Origin: a virus
Taxonomy: Duplodnaviria > Heunggongvirae > Uroviricota > Caudoviricetes
DNA length: 13,456 bases
IMG/VR virus record: IMGVR_UViG_2548876862_000021
Coordinates: 1-13,456 of that record
Strand: one strand, 5' to 3'
Shown: piece by piece, positions 1 through 6,675 of the stretch
How the letters are laid out: each line of letters begins with the position of its first letter
How positions within the stretch are numbered: position 1 is the first letter of the stretch
Position numbers and translations under genes: made by a program
The notes under the pieces: generated by a model
The model's database searches: none
What the model saw: the letters and a program-made list of their open reading frames with translations, nothing else
What the model was told of the DNA's origin: nothing

Positions 1-597
1 CAAAACCGGCCAGAATAATCGGCGCCAGGCGGACTGAGTTATTGTCGTTTCATAGCGCCGGGAACCTGAAGCAATAAGGATTTTGTGATCGCGCATCCAC
101 GCAAACAGTTTGTTTGGACCAATACCAACAACCTTTGCAAAGTTTCCAATCAAAATTCCGCTGGCCTCGCCAACGCGATCGGCAAACTCAACTTTAGGTG
201 CGGCAATTGCGAGCTGGTTTTCCAGTTGCATTTTCTGCTCAGCAAGATCAGCAGCAAGGCGCAACGCTTCCGGTAACGTTTTTGGGATATTAACCGCAGT
301 TTCTTCAAGCTCTCGCCAACGGTCAACAAGACGAGCGGTGAACTCTGGCGACAACTGGGCAACAACGACAATACTGTCTCGCTTACCTTGTTCGCCCTCG
401 AAGACGTAATGCTCGTACTGAACACTGAACCCTAAGTTATTGATTCTTTCGGAAACCTCAATTTGAGGAAGCCGGATAACACCATTTTTAGCCAGCGTTT
501 CGATGGTACGTTTCACATTGTCATGACGCTTACCCACCAACTCAGCGATTTCAATGCTTGTCATTTTGATGGCATTGCCATTTATTAACTCATTCAT
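1..597 (-). CDS. Phage antirepressor, Rha N-terminal domain plus ANT/KilA-C-like C-terminal domain; partial, runs off window start
   Basis: Minus-strand ORF from ATG at 597-595 is open to position 1 (199 codons, no stop), so it is absent from the ORF track. I translated it by hand: MNELINGNAIKMTSIEIAELVGKRHDNVKRTIETL... (Rha-like) and ...GNFAKVVGIGPNKLFAWMRDHKIL... (ANT-like). Start overlaps the ninF-like stop by 8 nt. Confidence 0.6.
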   Translation of the reverse strand, partial: MNELINGNAIKMTSIEIAELVGKRHDNVKRTIETLAKNGVIRLPQIEVSERINNLGFSVQYEHYVFEGEQGKRDSIVVVAQLSPEFTARLVDRWRELEETAVNIPKTLPEALRLAADLAEQKMQLENQLAIAAPKVEFADRVGEASGILIGNFAKVVGIGPNKLFAWMRDHKILIASGSRRYETTITQSAWRRLFWPVL

Positions 598-766
598 CGT
601 CTTCTTCCTCGTACATTGAGCTATTCGGATCGCTCATCAGCTCTGCGCAGCAATCGGAGCATACGTGAACTTCCAGCACATGCAGTTTCTGACCGCAGTT
701 AGCGCACGTTAAAGCTCGCTCGACGCTTTCTTTCTGGTATTGAAGGGATTGGGATGGGCTAAGCAT
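590..766 (-). CDS. ninF: NinF-like small zinc-ribbon protein (58 aa)
   Basis: Hand-translated: MLSPSQSLQYQKESVERALTCANCGQKLHVLEVHVCSDCCAELMSDPNSSMYEEEDDE. Two CxxC-type pairs; start ATG overlaps the upstream stop (TAATG). Position matches ninF in the P22/lambda nin set. Below the 60-aa track threshold. Confidence 0.5.
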   Translation of the reverse strand: MLSPSQSLQYQKESVERALTCANCGQKLHVLEVHVCSDCCAELMSDPNSSMYEEEDDE

Positions 767-1125
767 TATTGGATTCTCTGCATCATGAGAAAGACAATCA
801 TGGCGGCGCGGAGGGGATTTTCATGTATAGCTCGCTTAGATTTACAGTAGGCCACACCGCGTGCACCCCACTCGTCTTCATCGAGATTGATAATGCTAAT
901 CCTGTATTTTTCAATAATCGGCCATGCGTCTGCTGGGTTTGCGCATGGGTTAAAGGAACCGCGCTCAACTTCTACTTCAACTGCGTCTCCGTTTACAATG
1001 TCTCCCTCAAATGAGACAAACACCATATCGCCATTCTCACCTTCTTTGTAATCCGGTGATCCGTTATGAATAGCTTCGAATACAGCCACGTTAATTTCAA
1101 AATCACTTAACTGTGAATAATCCAT
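766..1125 (-). CDS. NinX-like hypothetical protein (119 aa)
   Basis: Track ORF 766..1167; I prefer the internal ATG at 1125-1123, preceded by GAGGAA at about 7 nt and sitting 2 nt after the ninE-like stop. Sits between ninE-like and ninF-like as ninX does in P22. No recognisable catalytic motif. Confidence 0.5.
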   Translation of the reverse strand: MDYSQLSDFEINVAVFEAIHNGSPDYKEGENGDMVFVSFEGDIVNGDAVEVEVERGSFNPCANPADAWPIIEKYRISIINLDEDEWGARGVAYCKSKRAIHENPLRAAMIVFLMMQRIQ

Positions 1126-1127
1126 TG

Positions 1128-1304
1128 TCATTTCCTCGCACGATGTCTTAGCCACCGGATATCCCACAGGTGAGCCGTGTAATTGAAGGTTTTTACGTCA
1201 GATTCTTTTGGGATTGGCTTGGGTTTATTTCTGGAGCGCTTCGTTGGAAGGTATTTGCAGTTTTCGCAGATGATGTCGGTGATACTTCGTCGCTGTCGTC
1301 TCAT
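1128..1304 (-). CDS. ninE: NinE-like small basic protein (58 aa)
   Basis: Within track ORF 1128..1364, start at internal ATG 1304-1302, which overlaps the ninB stop (ATGA coupling). Protein [30 protein letters not shown]... Assignment by memory and position. Confidence 0.45.
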   Translation of the reverse strand: MRRQRRSITDIICENCKYLPTKRSRNKPKPIPKESDVKTFNYTAHLWDIRWLRHRARK

Positions 1305-1741
1305 GCCGCCCTGTCTCCCCATCTCGCTTTCCACTCCAGAGCCAGTCGCGCTTCGTCTGACCACTTAACGCCATGTTCTGTACCGAATGCCTGTATAAGC
1401 TCTAATAGCTCCGCAAATTCGCTTACACGCATCCTGCTGGTTGACTGGCCTATTACCACAAAGCCATTCCCGGCAAGGTTAGGAACAACATCCTGCTGCT
1501 TTAATGCTGCGGTAAACACACACTTCCAGCTTTCTGCATCCAGCCAGCGACCATGCCATTCAACCTGACGAGAGACGTCACCAAGGCAAGCCCAAAGCTT
1601 TCGATTCTGGTCTAAGCTGCGGTTGCGTTCCTGAATGGTTACTACGATTGGTTTGGTTGGGTCTGGAAGAATTTGCTGTACCGCGTGAATAGCGTTTTGC
1701 TGATGTGCTGGGGATCGAATTTCAAAGGTTAGTTTTTTCAT
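1301..1741 (-). CDS. ninB: NinB (Orf-family recombination mediator)
   Basis: 146-aa [59 protein letters not shown]... recognised as lambda NinB family; same length as lambda NinB as I recall. Confidence 0.8.
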   Translation of the reverse strand: MKKLTFEIRSPAHQQNAIHAVQQILPDPTKPIVVTIQERNRSLDQNRKLWACLGDVSRQVEWHGRWLDAESWKCVFTAALKQQDVVPNLAGNGFVVIGQSTSRMRVSEFAELLELIQAFGTEHGVKWSDEARLALEWKARWGDRAA

Positions 1742-1934
1742 GACTTCCCTCTCTAACAGATTTCAGGTTATTCCACTCCGTTACCGCACTGCGATAATTC
1801 GCGGCCGCCACAGCGGCGTGGTTAGCGCAGTAGATTTGGCACCCGTTCTCCATGTCGAATATTGTCGGTGATTTTCCGCATTTACATTTTTTGGCACGCG
1901 GTGCGTCTGAACACATTCCGTTAACGGTGTCCAT
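1722..1934 (-). CDS. Small Cys-rich (putative zinc-binding) protein, nin-region, NinA/NinD-position
   Basis: 70-aa ORF with CxC...C...C pattern (CKCGK, CQIYC); GAGGGGGA Shine-Dalgarno upstream of ATG 1934; 3' end overlaps ninB start by 20 nt. Function not assignable. Confidence 0.5.
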   Translation of the reverse strand: MDTVNGMCSDAPRAKKCKCGKSPTIFDMENGCQIYCANHAAVAAANYRSAVTEWNNLKSVREGSHEKTNL

Positions 1935-1957
1935 CAGGATCCCCCTCGTTCTTAATC

Positions 1958-1990
1958 CAATAAAAAAGGGCTACTGTGTAAATAGCCCCT
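1958..1990 (-). terminator. Intrinsic terminator between helicase and nin genes (tR2-like position)
   Basis: On minus strand GGGCTA-TTTACACAG-TAGCCC stem-loop followed by TTTTTTATT, 29 nt downstream of the helicase stop. Confidence 0.5.
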
Positions 1991-2018
1991 GTTATTAGCT
2001 CAGTGATGTAGATGGTCA

Positions 2019-3455
2019 TCAGAATCCTCCTTTCTTCTTGGACTGCGGCTCCTCGCGTTCACGGCGGCGCATTTCAGCAGACTGTTGGTCTGTGTCATAA
2101 ATAGCGCCATTTGCCTGAATGCAATACACCGTGCCGGTATTGCCATGACGATTGAGACGAAGGATTAGTTCGGTTTCACCAGGTGGAACACTGTCATCAA
2201 AAGCACCTTCACGATGGATCCCCACCCAATAATCGCAATCCTGTTCAATCTGCCCTGTATCGCGCGAGTCACTTGGTAATGGGCGTTTATTGGTTCGGCT
2301 TTCCAATGCGCGGTTAAGCTGTGTCAGAAGCACAACAACGCAATCAAGCTCTTTGGCAAGGTTCTTCAATCCTTTGGTGATCATGCCGTAAGCAAGGTCG
2401 TTGCGATCGGCCTTCTCAGCAGTCATTAGTGTCAGGTAATCGACCAGAATCATGCCAACGCATCCTTTTTCTCGCTTGATTCGACGGCTTTCGCTGACGA
2501 TTTGAGCCAGAGATAATCCCGGCGTGTCGTCGATGTAAAGCATGTCGATTTCACTCAAGCGATTGGCTGTTTCGATCGCCCTGTTGAAGTCACCATCGTA
2601 ATCACCCTGATAGCCGTCATCGGCGTCATTTGTCGCCGGAAGGTAAAAAATATTCGGGTTAACACCAGACTTCTGCCCTACCAGTTTTTCCAGTATCTGG
2701 TCACCTGGCATTTCAAGGCTGAACATCAGAGCGGGCTTTTTCTCATGCACTGCGCAATTGATTGCCATCTGGCTGTATAGCGTCGTTTTCCCCATCTTAG
2801 GGCGAGCGCCAATGACAAACAGAGAGCCTTTCACCAGACCTTTCGGTGACAGCATCCTGTCCAGCGATGGGATCCCTGTGCTCATTCCTCGTTGTTCGCC
2901 TGACGGGTCAAATCGCTTCTCAAGGTCGCTAACCCAGTCTTCCATGACCTCACCAAATGAACGAAGGCCGCGACGCGATCCGGTTTTTGCATGGTCTGTC
3001 AGTTGCGTGAAAATCGACTGAATAGCTTCGTACTTCTGTGTTGCAGTCATTCCGTTGCGGGAATAGAGCAATTCCGTCGCTTCAGTCATGCGGTTGATGG
3101 CGTAGCGTTCCATTGCGGTTTCACGAACCTGCATTGCATAGGCAATGATGTTTGCTGCGCTTGGCGTGTTCTTTGCGATCTCAGCGATATAAGCAAAACC
3201 GCCAACAGACGCCGTTAACGATTTACGCTCCAGTTCATCGAAAAGCGTCAGGCCATCTACTGGCTTTTGCTCCCGGTGCATTCTGGTTATTTCTTCGAAA
3301 AGGATTTTGTGTGGTCGACTGTAAAATGAGTCAGGCTTCAGCATCGCCAGAACCTTCTGGACGCGCTCACTGCTGTCATCATCCAGAAGCAATCCACCAA
3401 TCACCGCCTGCTCTGCCTCGATGCTATGGGGCGGCGCATAAAAATTATCGGTCAT
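2019..3455 (-). CDS. Replicative DNA helicase, DnaB family (P22 gene 12-like)
   Basis: Strong resemblance to E. coli DnaB throughout (PHSIEAEQAVIGGLLLD, Walker A GARPKMGKTT, LVDYLTLM, LTQLNRALESR). Track starts at GTG 3470; I prefer ATG 3455-3453, preceded by GAGGGTG. Overlaps the O-like stop by 11 nt. Confidence 0.9.
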   Translation of the reverse strand: MTDNFYAPPHSIEAEQAVIGGLLLDDDSSERVQKVLAMLKPDSFYSRPHKILFEEITRMHREQKPVDGLTLFDELERKSLTASVGGFAYIAEIAKNTPSAANIIAYAMQVRETAMERYAINRMTEATELLYSRNGMTATQKYEAIQSIFTQLTDHAKTGSRRGLRSFGEVMEDWVSDLEKRFDPSGEQRGMSTGIPSLDRMLSPKGLVKGSLFVIGARPKMGKTTLYSQMAINCAVHEKKPALMFSLEMPGDQILEKLVGQKSGVNPNIFYLPATNDADDGYQGDYDGDFNRAIETANRLSEIDMLYIDDTPGLSLAQIVSESRRIKREKGCVGMILVDYLTLMTAEKADRNDLAYGMITKGLKNLAKELDCVVVLLTQLNRALESRTNKRPLPSDSRDTGQIEQDCDYWVGIHREGAFDDSVPPGETELILRLNRHGNTGTVYCIQANGAIYDTDQQSAEMRRREREEPQSKKKGGF

Positions 3456-4335
3456 CGTGTTCACCCTCACGAACTTTCAGGTAGGTATTATCGTTAAGCA
3501 GGAAATCAAATCCCTTTTTGTGCCAGACGGTTCCGCGCTGATGGTTTGGGCGCTCTTCGAACATCCATCGGCAATTTTCGCCTACGTAGCTCAAATAATT
3601 TCTCCAGTCCTGCATCGTGAAACCATGCCCGTCAAGCTGGCGGGTTATCACTCCGGCTTTGCGCCAGAACGTTCGGATCTGGTTTTTACGCTTGTCATTC
3701 AGTGCGCGGATTCTTGGCGCTTCAGGAAGGATTTCGTGGTAAGCATCGACAACATCCTGACAGCTAACGGAAGGTTTTTTCTTGTCAGACTTTTTGTCTG
3801 CTGTGGCACTCTCTAATACGTCAGTATTAGAGATATTATTTATATTATTGTTTATGGACAACCGTTGGACAACCGTTGGACAATCTCCGCTGAGAGCCGC
3901 GCCATTACTGGTGTTTGCGTTGGACAACCGTTGGACAACCGTTGGACAATTTTTTGCCTGAAAATCGTCATATTTAACGATTGTAAACAGGCTAAATTTC
4001 TTCCCCATCGAGCAAATATTAAGCATACCTTTCGACTCAAAAGTCCGTAATAAGCTCCGAACTTTGTTGTCGGGGATGAATGTTTCTCTGACCAGCGACG
4101 GGCGTCCAGTTATCATCTGACCGCGATCAACAGTTATCGGACCGATATCCGTATTGACGACAGTAGATTCGTGATTAGCCTTGAGGATTAAGTGAAGCCA
4201 AAGATGTACTGCCTGAGAGTCCTTATAGAGCCTGCTGTCCATAAACTGGCGGTGTATAGAGACATACCCCATACTGGATGCCTCCTGATGTTGTACAGGG
4301 TTATGCCTGTAATCAGCTAACTTAACGACGCCCAT
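3445..4335 (-). CDS. Replication initiator, lambda O-like (iteron-binding)
   Basis: 296-aa ORF immediately upstream of the helicase; contains the ori iterons inside its coding sequence (encoded peptide repeat CPTVVQRLSN), as in lambda O; AGGAG 6 nt upstream of the ATG. Confidence 0.75.
   Translation of the reverse strand: MGVVKLADYRHNPVQHQEASSMGYVSIHRQFMDSRLYKDSQAVHLWLHLILKANHESTVVNTDIGPITVDRGQMITGRPSLVRETFIPDNKVRSLLRTFESKGMLNICSMGKKFSLFTIVKYDDFQAKNCPTVVQRLSNANTSNGAALSGDCPTVVQRLSINNNINNISNTDVLESATADKKSDKKKPSVSCQDVVDAYHEILPEAPRIRALNDKRKNQIRTFWRKAGVITRQLDGHGFTMQDWRNYLSYVGENCRWMFEERPNHQRGTVWHKKGFDFLLNDNTYLKVREGEHDDR
3813..3950. repeat. Replication origin: two clusters of three direct ~11-bp iterons (GTTGGACAACC) plus flanking AT-rich stretch
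   Basis: Seen directly: 3856-3884 GGACAACCGTTGGACAACCGTTGGACAAT and 3919-3950 CGTTGGACAACCGTTGGACAACCGTTGGACAAT; AT-rich 3813-3855 (TATTAGAGATATTATTTATATTATTGTTTAT) lies downstream in the direction of O transcription, the lambda ori arrangement. Confidence 0.7.
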
Positions 4336-4483
4336 GTTTCACTCCTGCTTTGGCTAGTCTGTAAACACCAACAAGGCGCTCTGCGAACGCCCTGTTATTT
4401 GCTGCGGCTACCACTAATCCCTCAGGTGAATCAGGGTGTCGAATCTCTTCTTTTTCCTGGTATTTCTTACGACGTTTTGTCAT
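4322..4483 (-). CDS. Hypothetical small basic protein (53 aa) between cII and O
   Basis: Hand-found ORF MTKRRKKYQEKEEIRHPDSPEGLVVAAANNRAFAERLVGVYRLAKAGVKHGRR, AGGAG 6 nt upstream of ATG 4483-4481; 3' end overlaps the O start by 14 nt. Below track threshold. Confidence 0.35.
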   Translation of the reverse strand: MTKRRKKYQEKEEIRHPDSPEGLVVAAANNRAFAERLVGVYRLAKAGVKHGRR

Positions 4484-4517
4484 AATTACTCCTGTGGATT
4501 GATCCAGTCTTTCTACA

Positions 4518-4796
4518 TCAGGCCTCGAAGAATTCGCCGTTCTTCGGGGCTTTTTCTTTTGTCAGCATTCTGGCTACTTTCTTAGCCAGTTCCGCCAACT
4601 CCTCGTCTTCAACACCCCATTCAAGAACAGCCAGAAGCATTCCCATTTTGGGGATGAAGCTATCTTTCCATCGCGAAATTTGCGATTCATTAATCCCTAA
4701 CGCGTCGGCAACCTTTCGCTGACCACGTACAGCAATTCGATTCAGGATGTTGCTTGTAATTGCATTCGCTTTCTTGCGAGTACTTGTAAGTTGCAT
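4518..4796 (-). CDS. cII: cII-like transcriptional activator
   Basis: Track ORF 4518..4883 contains MQLTSTRKKANAITSNILNRIAVRGQRKVADALGINESQISRWKDSFIPKMGMLLAVLEWGVEDEE..., aligning with lambda CII (QISRWK...MLLAVLEWGV). Start set at ATG 4796-4794 so that nutR lies outside the gene. Confidence 0.8.
   Translation of the reverse strand: MQLTSTRKKANAITSNILNRIAVRGQRKVADALGINESQISRWKDSFIPKMGMLLAVLEWGVEDEELAELAKKVARMLTKEKAPKNGEFFEA
4522..4560 (+). terminator. Intrinsic terminator on the strand antisense to the cII 3' end (oop-like)
   Basis: 11-bp stem (GCCTCGAAGAA / TTCTTCGGGGC, one G-U) with 7-nt loop, directly followed by TTTTTCTTTT. Candidate extended -10 (TGtCATAAT, 4478-4486) about 40 nt upstream. 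Confidence 0.5.
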
Positions 4797-4854
4797 ATGT
4801 AAGTATTTCCTTAACAAATAAGAAGTTATGCGCATCAAATTATGCGCGTTGTAT

Positions 4855-4898
4855 TCCCGCATTTCGGCGGGAATGATGACCATGACTGTTAAAGAGCG
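4855..4898 (-). promoter_or_regulatory. nutR-like site: boxA (CGCTCTTTAACA) followed by boxB hairpin
   Basis: Read on minus strand: boxA at 4898-4887, 14-nt spacer, boxB TCCCGC-CGAAAT-GCGGGA at 4872-4855; the boxB 18-mer is identical to the one upstream of N. Confidence 0.6.
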
Positions 4899-4904
4899 GT
4901 GTTA

Positions 4905-5101
4905 CTATTTGTTTTTCTTGTTGCTTGGGAAAGGACGAACTTCCTCTCCAATCACACTGCCATCAGGCTTTACCGTAACCATGATGTTACGGCCTGCCAG
5001 AATGGCCTTGCTGATAGCGCACTGGATTACACCAAAGTCACTGGCTGCTTTAGCCTGTCCATGGATTTTGGCGTAATCGGCAAGTGTCATTCGAATCATA
5101 T
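4905..5101 (-). CDS. cro: Cro-like repressor
   Basis: [62 protein letters not shown] aligns with lambda Cro ([22 protein letters not shown]...PFPSNKK). Track start is GTG 5105; I prefer ATG 5101-5099 with GGAGAG upstream. Confidence 0.8.
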
Positions 5102-5128
5102 GCACTCTCCGTTATTAACCATGAACAA

Positions 5129-5198
5129 AGAATACCACAGGTATTCAAAGCAATCAATACTCAGGGTATTTTTAGTTTAAGTACCTTAGCTATTAGAA
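5129..5198. promoter_or_regulatory. OR region: three 15-bp operators (AATACC-N3-GGTATT) with divergent PR and PRM
   Basis: 5131-5145 AATACCACAGGTATT (perfect palindrome), 5156-5170 AATACTCAGGGTATT (1 mismatch), 5180-5194 AGTACCTTAGCTATT (2 mismatches); centre spacing 25 and 24 bp. PR on minus: -35 TTGATT (5157-5152), 17-bp spacer, -10 TATTCT (5134-5129). Candidate PRM -10 TAGAAT 5193-5198. Confidence 0.65.
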
Positions 5199-5205
5199 TT
5201 AAGCT

Positions 5206-5922
5206 ATGGAAAATAAAAAATCACTGACGACAGAACAGCTCGAAGACGCTAAGCGGCTTAAGGCTTTGTATGAGTCAAAAAAGAAAGAATTGGGAATAAC
5301 CCAATACTCAATCGCTGATGAACTGGGTATCACCCAAGGAGCGGTAGGGCATTATCTTAATGGCAGAAACGCGCTAAACGTTGAGGTCGCATCTGGTTTT
5401 GCACGTTTGTTGCAAGTCTCAATTGCTGATTTTAGCCAGTCAATTGCTGCCAAGGTTGCAGAACAGGCAGAAAGCCTTAAGAGCGATGCCAACGTAAGGT
5501 ATGCAGGGGAATACAGAGCAGGAAAGAGGTATCCGGTGTTAAGCAGTATCCAGGCTGGCTCGTGGTGTGAAGCATGCGAACCATACACCATTAAAGACAT
5601 AGATGTTTGGCTTGAGTCTGACGCGCATATTCAAGGTAATGCGTTCTGGCTTAAAGTGGAAGGTGATTCAATGACGGCACCGGTTGGGTTAAGCATTCCA
5701 GAGGGAACATTCGTTCTTTTCGATACCGGAAGGGAGGCGATCAACGGCAGCTTGGTCATAGCAAAACTTTCTGACTCTAACGAAGCAACATTCAAGAAGC
5801 TGATAATCGACGGCGGAAATAAATACCTCAAGGGACTTAATCCTGCATGGCCTCTCGTGCCAATCAATGGAAACTGCAAGATTATAGGCGTTGCAATTGA
5901 GACAAAACTAAGGCTGGTTTGA
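5206..5922 (+). CDS. cI: CI-type prophage repressor (HTH N-terminal domain plus S24 LexA-like autocleavage domain)
   Basis: 238 aa, collinear with lambda CI ([24 protein letters not shown] / FWLEVEGNSMTAP / FKKLIRD all matched by close variants). No Shine-Dalgarno upstream of the ATG. Confidence 0.9.
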   Translation: MENKKSLTTEQLEDAKRLKALYESKKKELGITQYSIADELGITQGAVGHYLNGRNALNVEVASGFARLLQVSIADFSQSIAAKVAEQAESLKSDANVRYAGEYRAGKRYPVLSSIQAGSWCEACEPYTIKDIDVWLESDAHIQGNAFWLKVEGDSMTAPVGLSIPEGTFVLFDTGREAINGSLVIAKLSDSNEATFKKLIIDGGNKYLKGLNPAWPLVPINGNCKIIGVAIETKLRLV

Positions 5923-5939
5923 TCACGCAAGGGGCGATT

Positions 5940-6308
5940 ATGGTTGGAACCGCTATAGCAAGCTTTTTTGGGATGTTGGCAATCTCGACAATTTACGGCT
6001 TAGCGCATGCTTTTATTGCGAAATCTCTATCAGAAAAAATAAGCCAGGCTTGGGCGCATAGATCAGCTCGTTTCATGATTCTGGTGATCATAGCAATACA
6101 AGGGATATCTGCATTTATCCTCTATGGATCAAGCTTATACCTATTGTATCAAGGCGCGACATTTACGCCTTACACCAGTGATTACGGAACTCTATACGAT
6201 GGTAGTGAAGACATCACTGTGGCTTGGATCGTCTTTGGTTTATCTATGGCCGTGTCTGTTGTAGCAGACATCATTAAGGTAATTCTCGTCTTAACCTTCG
6301 CTGACTAA
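5940..6308 (+). CDS. Small multi-pass membrane protein co-transcribed with cI (rexAB/sieB-position; candidate exclusion or abortive-infection factor)
   Basis: Track ORF 5919..6308 begins at a TTG overlapping the cI stop; ATG at 5940 has AAGGGG about 6 nt upstream. Several long hydrophobic segments consistent with transmembrane helices (AIASFFGMLAISTIYGLAHAFIA, FMILVIIAIQGISAFILYG, VAWIVFGLSMAVSVVADIIKVILVL). Confidence 0.6.
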   Translation: MVGTAIASFFGMLAISTIYGLAHAFIAKSLSEKISQAWAHRSARFMILVIIAIQGISAFILYGSSLYLLYQGATFTPYTSDYGTLYDGSEDITVAWIVFGLSMAVSVVADIIKVILVLTFAD

Positions 6309-6438
6309 CCTATAATCCCGGCAGCAATAGCTATCGGGATCCACTTCACATATCCCGCATAAAAAGCACTGAACAAGCAGACACCGAAAAAATAAATATC
6401 CTTTGTATTCATTTGCTTATCATTATTTCACCAAAAAT

Positions 6439-6480
6439 AAATACCTTGGGTATTTACACAATAAAATACCTACAGTATTC
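6439..6480 (+). promoter_or_regulatory. OL region: two operators of the same AATACC-N3-GGTATT family, with PL
   Basis: 6439-6453 AATACCTTGGGTATT (perfect), 6464-6478 AATACCTACAGTATT (1 mismatch), centres 25 bp apart. Candidate PL -35 TTTACA 6452-6457, 17-bp spacer, -10 TATTCT 6475-6480, the same -10 hexamer as PR. Confidence 0.6.
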
Positions 6481-6526
6481 TTTAGCCATCAGCAGGACGC
6501 TGGAAGCCAAACGGAACAGATTGGCA

Positions 6527-6568
6527 GGCTCTTTAACATTGATGGGATTGTCCCGCCGAAATGCGGGA
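6527..6568 (+). promoter_or_regulatory. nutL-like site: boxA (GGCTCTTTAACA) followed by boxB hairpin
   Basis: boxA 6527-6538 resembles the rrn/lambda boxA consensus; boxB TCCCGC-CGAAAT-GCGGGA at 6551-6568, identical to the nutR boxB; located between PL and N. Confidence 0.6.
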
Positions 6569-6675
6569 ACCAAAGAGTAGTTGGCTTTGGGGTGACGTGA
6601 AGTGCAGCTGCACGACGGCAACCGGAAGATAAGCACCCGGCGCGTCACCGCCAAAGTCAATCATCGGAGGTCAAC

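Noticed and set aside
85-425. Track ORFs 85..276 (+), 110..409 (+) and 150..425 (-)
   Set aside because: They lie on the opposite strand to, or in a different frame from, the open 199-codon Rha/Ant antirepressor reading frame that spans 1-597; they have no ribosome-binding sites and low-complexity translations, so they are shadow ORFs.
2758-3484. Plus-strand track ORFs inside the helicase gene (2758..3021, 2991..3218, 3152..3484)
   Set aside because: Antisense to a strongly supported DnaB-family CDS; no ribosome-binding sites; compositionally biased translations.
3856-3950. Tandem repeats considered as a possible CRISPR array
   Set aside because: Units are only about 11 bp with no spacers, lie inside a coding sequence and sit beside an AT-rich stretch: replication-origin iterons, not CRISPR.
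4797-4883. N-terminal 29-aa extension of the cII ORF (track 4518..4883)
   Set aside because: The extension would run through the nutR boxB hairpin; the lambda CII alignment begins at the internal Met (4796), so the longer ORF is an artefact of the first in-frame ATG.
6315-6340. Hairpin ATCCCG-N14-CGGGAT after the membrane-protein gene, considered as a terminator
   Set aside because: Large loop and no downstream T-run; not convincing as an intrinsic terminator.
6454-6660. Minus-strand 68-aa ORF across OL and nutL
   Set aside because: Overlaps operator, promoter and nut elements, has no ribosome-binding site, and is antisense to the PL leader.
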